DNA of 64,000 nucleotides, from contig NW_024704743.1 of assembly GCF_018977255.1 (NCBI RefSeq), forward strand, positions 16,060,001 to 16,124,000, read 5' to 3'. Both the position numbers and the translations under genes were made by a program. The stretch comes from Callorhinchus milii (lineage: Eukaryota). The notes under the pieces are model-generated. The model was not told where the DNA came from. It saw nothing but the letters and a program-made list of their open reading frames with translations, and did no database searches. The number at the start of each line of letters is the position of its first letter. Position 1 is the stretch's first letter. Of the stretch, positions 61,101-64,000 are shown piece by piece.

Positions 61101-62553
61101 TGTGAGCCTCTTCAGCTCATCCCATACATGGAAAATAATGTTTTGGGTAATTGAAGAAACCATGGAAAAGTTTAATAAAATCTAGCCTCAGCAATAAGAT
61201 GAAACACAGAAGCTCTCAATAGCAAAAAAACACTTTCTTCAAGAGTTTGCAGAGACCTACAGTTTGAAAGGGAAGAAACTTAAATTGGAGCTTGTTTCCG
61301 TGTTGGCTTCACGACTGAAGTCATTGTATGTGGAGAGGGTTTGTTTTCCACACGTACTGTATTCTAAAGGACATGAAAATTGAGACATGTGATGTGTAAT
61401 TTTATATCATTTATTTCAGTGGTGATGGATGTGGTGAGCTCCAGAGAGATCATCTGTCAGCTCATGATGAAATCATCAGCTGCTTGCGTTTGCAGCGATG
61501 CTCATATTACTAGGGTCATCCACCGGTAAGAACAAAAGCACAAGAGTGAGTTTGTAAATGTAATTACATGTGTGAAAAGCAATTGTGTAAAACTATGTTG
61601 ACTGGTGCAAATAGACAAAGCAATCTTTACAATGGTTTCAGAAAGAATCGACAATTCAAATATTTAACTCTTCTCAAATGGACTCCTTTCCAGCTCACAC
61701 TATATTTTTCGTTAGGAGGTGCTTATCTAAGTCCCCAATCCACCAGGAAGATGGGAGATTGTCACAGAATTGACGTTACTTCAACTGTGCTTATCTTTCT
61801 AGGTATTGCTTTCCTTACAGAAGTAGTCACTACATGACTCAGGATTATTTTCTTGAGCAGTCTAGGTTTTATTCTTGCTGGCCTGGTTACCTGGTAGAAC
61901 ATAAGAAATACGAGACGACAAAAGACCAAGGTCCATCTAGTTCGCCTTCCACCTTCCTGGTGGTCGCATGCACATATGTCCTAAACTACCTATGTACTAT
62001 ATCCCATAAGAACATAACAAATGGAAGATATTTAATTATGTCTTTGTGTATGGAATACTGTTATGTATTCAAATCAAATAGTGCTTGATACTGTACTCCA
62101 GCCGACTGCTATAACAATCCTTTCAAAAAGATGTCCATCTCTTTGTAGCTCCGAGACTGTGTTATGGTTAGTAATATTGTTTGCTTTACATTGTAATGCT
62201 GTTCTAACCAATTGGCTCCTACGTTTCGCCCACAAAATACAGTCAATTCACTTTACAGTATATTCTGTAAAGTGCTTCAGATGTCTCGAAGACGTGATAA
62301 GACGCTATATCAAATGCAGGCATTATTATTATACATAAAATTCTTGTGTTGGTTTTCCTTAACGAAGGCAACATTTTGACAAATTTCCATTTCCTCTCCC
62401 AACAGTTCCATGTCTATCCCAGTCACAATGAGGTCAATCTACAAGAAGTCTCAAACACAGGAAGCAGCAGTTACAGAGGCCTCCAGAGAAGCTCCCACAT
62501 CATATATTAGTTGTAAATGTTTTGGTTCGTTACTTGAAAATCATGACAATTAA
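46003..62553 (+). CDS. MED1-like gene (Mediator subunit 1 paralogue), Med1 N-terminal domain only; 16 exons, 1574 nt open frame (514 aa from ATG 46032; true start may lie in an unlocated upstream exon)
   Basis: Exons 46003-46103, 47288-47366, 47632-47686, 50171-50303, 50743-50771, 51817-51888, 51998-52072, 52498-52571, 53606-53677, 55344-55449, 56877-57001, 57211-57326, 58334-58520, 59318-59413, 61420-61525 and 62406-62553 are all GT-AG and splice into one open frame. MED1 motifs in order: PWSE, LQKAL, DRLE, SHLSATGTECYITSDLFY, DVKVAH.GENP, GSVGYLTPR, ACF.LKFP, QHCY.LNKD, RHQ.A.NTLI, HP..ESLVCVVMDV, MSIPVTMR. Confidence 0.93.
47288..47366 (+). CDS. MED1-like exon (DKHTGTG...CSLKTLQKALN)
   Basis: TTGCAG|GAT ... 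AAT G|GTGAGA, 79 nt. Confidence 0.9.
47632..47686 (+). CDS. MED1-like exon (ASLSAMVDRLELLARENG)
   Basis: GTCTAG|TT ... GG|GTAAGA, 55 nt. Confidence 0.9.
49068..49092. repeat. (TG)n microsatellite
   Basis: Read directly. Confidence 0.9.
50171..50303 (+). CDS. MED1-like exon (LCSHLSATGTECYITSDLFYLEVQL...DVKVAHLGENPE)
   Basis: TTCCAG|A ... GAG|GTAAGG, 133 nt. Confidence 0.95.
50743..50771 (+). CDS. MED1-like micro-exon (SCQVLLQSLR)
   Basis: TCTTAG|AGC ... AG|GTAAGT, 29 nt. Confidence 0.88.
51817..51888 (+). CDS. MED1-like exon (QKDFAEFTKHLKRLTDLYDFSGN)
   Basis: ATTCAG|G ... AG|GTACTG, 72 nt. Confidence 0.92.
51998..52072 (+). CDS. MED1-like exon (KVETNIYSALKSLEIDLNTMSVLN)
   Basis: TCTTAG|G ... 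AG|GTAAGA, 75 nt. Confidence 0.92.
52498..52571 (+). CDS. MED1-like exon (RVRNAGTLCTILCGSVGYLTPRCG)
   Basis: TATTAG|A ... A|GTAAGT, 74 nt. Confidence 0.93.
53606..53677 (+). CDS. MED1-like exon (SLMSLEYYISPYELLGQGLNSPS)
   Basis: TTGCAG|GC ... G|GTAAAA, 72 nt. Confidence 0.9.
53850..53945. repeat. TA-rich low-complexity tract ending in (TG)n
   Basis: Read directly. Confidence 0.85.
54408..54612. mobile_element. Penelope-like-element terminal palindrome inserted in a SINE tail
   Basis: 58-bp inverted arms (54460-54517 and 54541-54598, 4 mismatches); loop carries a decayed hammerhead core; duplicated TACTGTAAAGT flanks. Confidence 0.75.
55344..55449 (+). CDS. MED1-like exon (SRSPGMKVLVTVERTAALNQLQIAPIVEFEPVTD)
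   Basis: TTTTAG|AA ... GG|GTGAGT, 106 nt. Confidence 0.9.
56877..57001 (+). CDS. MED1-like exon (IPLFQSLTDGNSAELSACFLLKFPRPFP...RYT)
   Basis: TTCCAG|T ... G|GTTAAA, 125 nt. Confidence 0.92.
57211..57326 (+). CDS. MED1-like exon (ISIQTDTQKAPLHGLIAQ...SMCFFV)
   Basis: ACACAG|GA ... GTG|GTAAGC, 116 nt. Confidence 0.88.
58033..58291 (-). mobile_element. SINE, short form, head truncated about 40 nt upstream of a MED1-like splice acceptor
   Basis: Matches the 2462-2773 copy. Confidence 0.9.
58334..58520 (+). CDS. MED1-like exon (SLPGEEQHCYMLNKD...RHQAACNTLISSFIRETVTVE)
   Basis: CAAAAG|TCC ... G|GTAAGT, 187 nt. Confidence 0.93.
59318..59413 (+). CDS. MED1-like exon (YSECLHFEIYSLSDTCISFTLKHPTDESLVC)
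   Basis: ATACAG|AT ... G|GTAAGC, 96 nt. Confidence 0.93.
60435..60610 (+). mobile_element. SINE 3' half (similar fragments near 26925-27060, 30499-30609, 52831-52975, 54841-54950, 58775-58947 and 62208-62332)
   Basis: Family body and tail. Confidence 0.85.
61420..61525 (+). CDS. MED1-like exon (VMDVVSSREIICQL...CSDAHITRVIH)
   Basis: TTTCAG|TG ... CG|GTAAGA, 106 nt. Confidence 0.92.
62406..62553 (+). CDS. MED1-like apparent last coding exon (SMSIPVTMRSIYKKSQ...FGSLLENHDN*)
   Basis: CAACAG|T TCC ATG TCT ATC CCA GTC ACA ATG AGG; TAA at 62551-62553. The 3' boundary is less certain than the 5' one. Confidence 0.8.
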
Positions 62554-62987
62554 CAAAATACACAAGCCTACAGAGTGTCTGGATGTCTTTTCTGTTCAAA
62601 CATTGTAAGTATTGTATCAGGGTTCTGTACCATCAATTTCAGACTGGCCTGGTAATCAGGCTATCCACACATTTTTTAAGTTGATGATGCTACATAATTT
62701 GACTGAAATTTTTAGAATTTCAATACTCATTGAGATTTGAGCTCATATCGAAGATGACATTCCAGAGCAGTACTGAGGGAGCATTGATTTGTAGGAAATG
62801 CGTCTTGTCAGATGAGATGTTAAACCAAAGTTCACCTGCCTCATCAGGTGATTAAAGATCCCATGACATTACAGTATTAGGAAAGGGAATGGAGTTTCCT
62901 CAGCTCAGAGTCCTCAAGATTAAATGGTCACTCACAATGGTTGTTTATTGGATACTGCTAGCACAAAAAGCAGCTGTGTTACCTAGA

Positions 62988-63289
62988 AATAATAATAATC
63001 CTTGAATTTGATATAGCTCTTTTCATATCTTCTAGACGTCTCAAAGCGCTTCACAGATTAGACTGTAAAGTGAATTGACTATTTGTGGGTGAAATGCGGC
63101 AGCCAATTGTGCACAGTAGTGTCCCACAAACACTCGTGGATTGAAATGACCAATGTATTATTTTTTTTGAGGGATTATTATCAGGTGTGTGGAGTAAGGA
63201 AACTTGCCCAAGGTTTCGCCCTGCCGGGAATCAAACCCAGGTCTCTCGCTTACAAAGGGAGTGCTCTAACCACTGAGCTACAGGACTCC
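62988..63289 (-). mobile_element. tRNA-derived SINE, short form, full length
   Basis: Head GGAGTCCTGTAGCTCAGTGG and (ATT)n tail. Confidence 0.92.
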
Positions 63290-64000
63290 ACAAAAACAAA
63301 TTGCAACACGTTCTTTATAAAGCAGCAGGCAGAAATAGTGAGTAGATTAATAATGTATGCTGTGGCAAGGTGAAAGTGAGCAGGTGGTATAATTATCTTT
63401 AGTCAATTAAAATCAAATAAGATTAACTTCGCCCATGATTTTACATTAAAAATTATTTGAGGAAAAAAAGTAGAGAACACCGACATTTTTAAGAGTCTGC
63501 CAGTTTTTTAAATGATTTTTCACAATCTTGAACTTTACTCAGCAAAATCTTATAAAATGAGAATCATGATTAACCTTCACTTTTCTCTTAAAAGTTAAAA
63601 ATTAAAGTCTACAAGATTCATTACCGTACAAAACAGAAAAATTGTTAACGTTGCCAAACACCAATATATATATAGGTCACTATATTAATCATAATTCCAG
63701 TAGAGCTAACTATCTGCATTAACTGGGACCAGCTGCATAATGGGAACAGTATTAGATCACACAAAAACTCTCCAGCAGTCACAAAGTAATTATCAGTGCC
63801 ACACCACTCCCCAAACTTCTCTCTCTCCCCCTCTTTTTCTCTGAGTGTATCTGATCAGTCTTCTAGTTCCAGTTTAAACACTCATGCAGGAGAAAAACTC
63901 AGGGGTTGATGTGGACACAATACTCGCAATTAAATATTTTCTATGAACTTTTGTTGACTACTTCCTGGATTTCAGCGCTGATGTGGTTGAGTGGGCATGT

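Noticed and set aside
46003..62553. MED1 pseudogene or retrocopy
   Set aside because: Introns are retained, all 15 junctions are canonical and in phase, and there are no internal stops.

Overview
Vertebrate genomic DNA, not prokaryotic. The tRNA-headed SINEs with L2-type tails, Deu-domain SINEs and a Penelope-type palindrome suggest a cartilaginous fish, possibly a chimaera (inference). Three spliced protein-coding genes were reconstructed by hand, all with GT-AG introns and consistent phases. (1) CDK13, minus strand, exons 1-4, running off the left edge. (2) RALA, minus strand, complete 206-aa CDS. (3) On the plus strand, beyond a 25-N assembly gap, a 16-exon divergent MED1 paralogue that is mostly invisible in the ORF track. 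It keeps the exon structure of the MED1 N-terminal (Med1) domain but stops 48 codons into the exon that in canonical MED1 encodes the LxxLL NR boxes and the long disordered tail. Its divergent position relative to CDK13 mirrors the human MED1-CDK12 pair, suggesting a retained whole-genome-duplication ohnologue. The rest of the window is dense in SINEs and L2/CR1 fragments, and also holds a Tigger-like MITE, a Penelope-type palindrome with a decayed hammerhead core, and several local duplications. All comparisons to known proteins and repeats are from memory, not from database searches.
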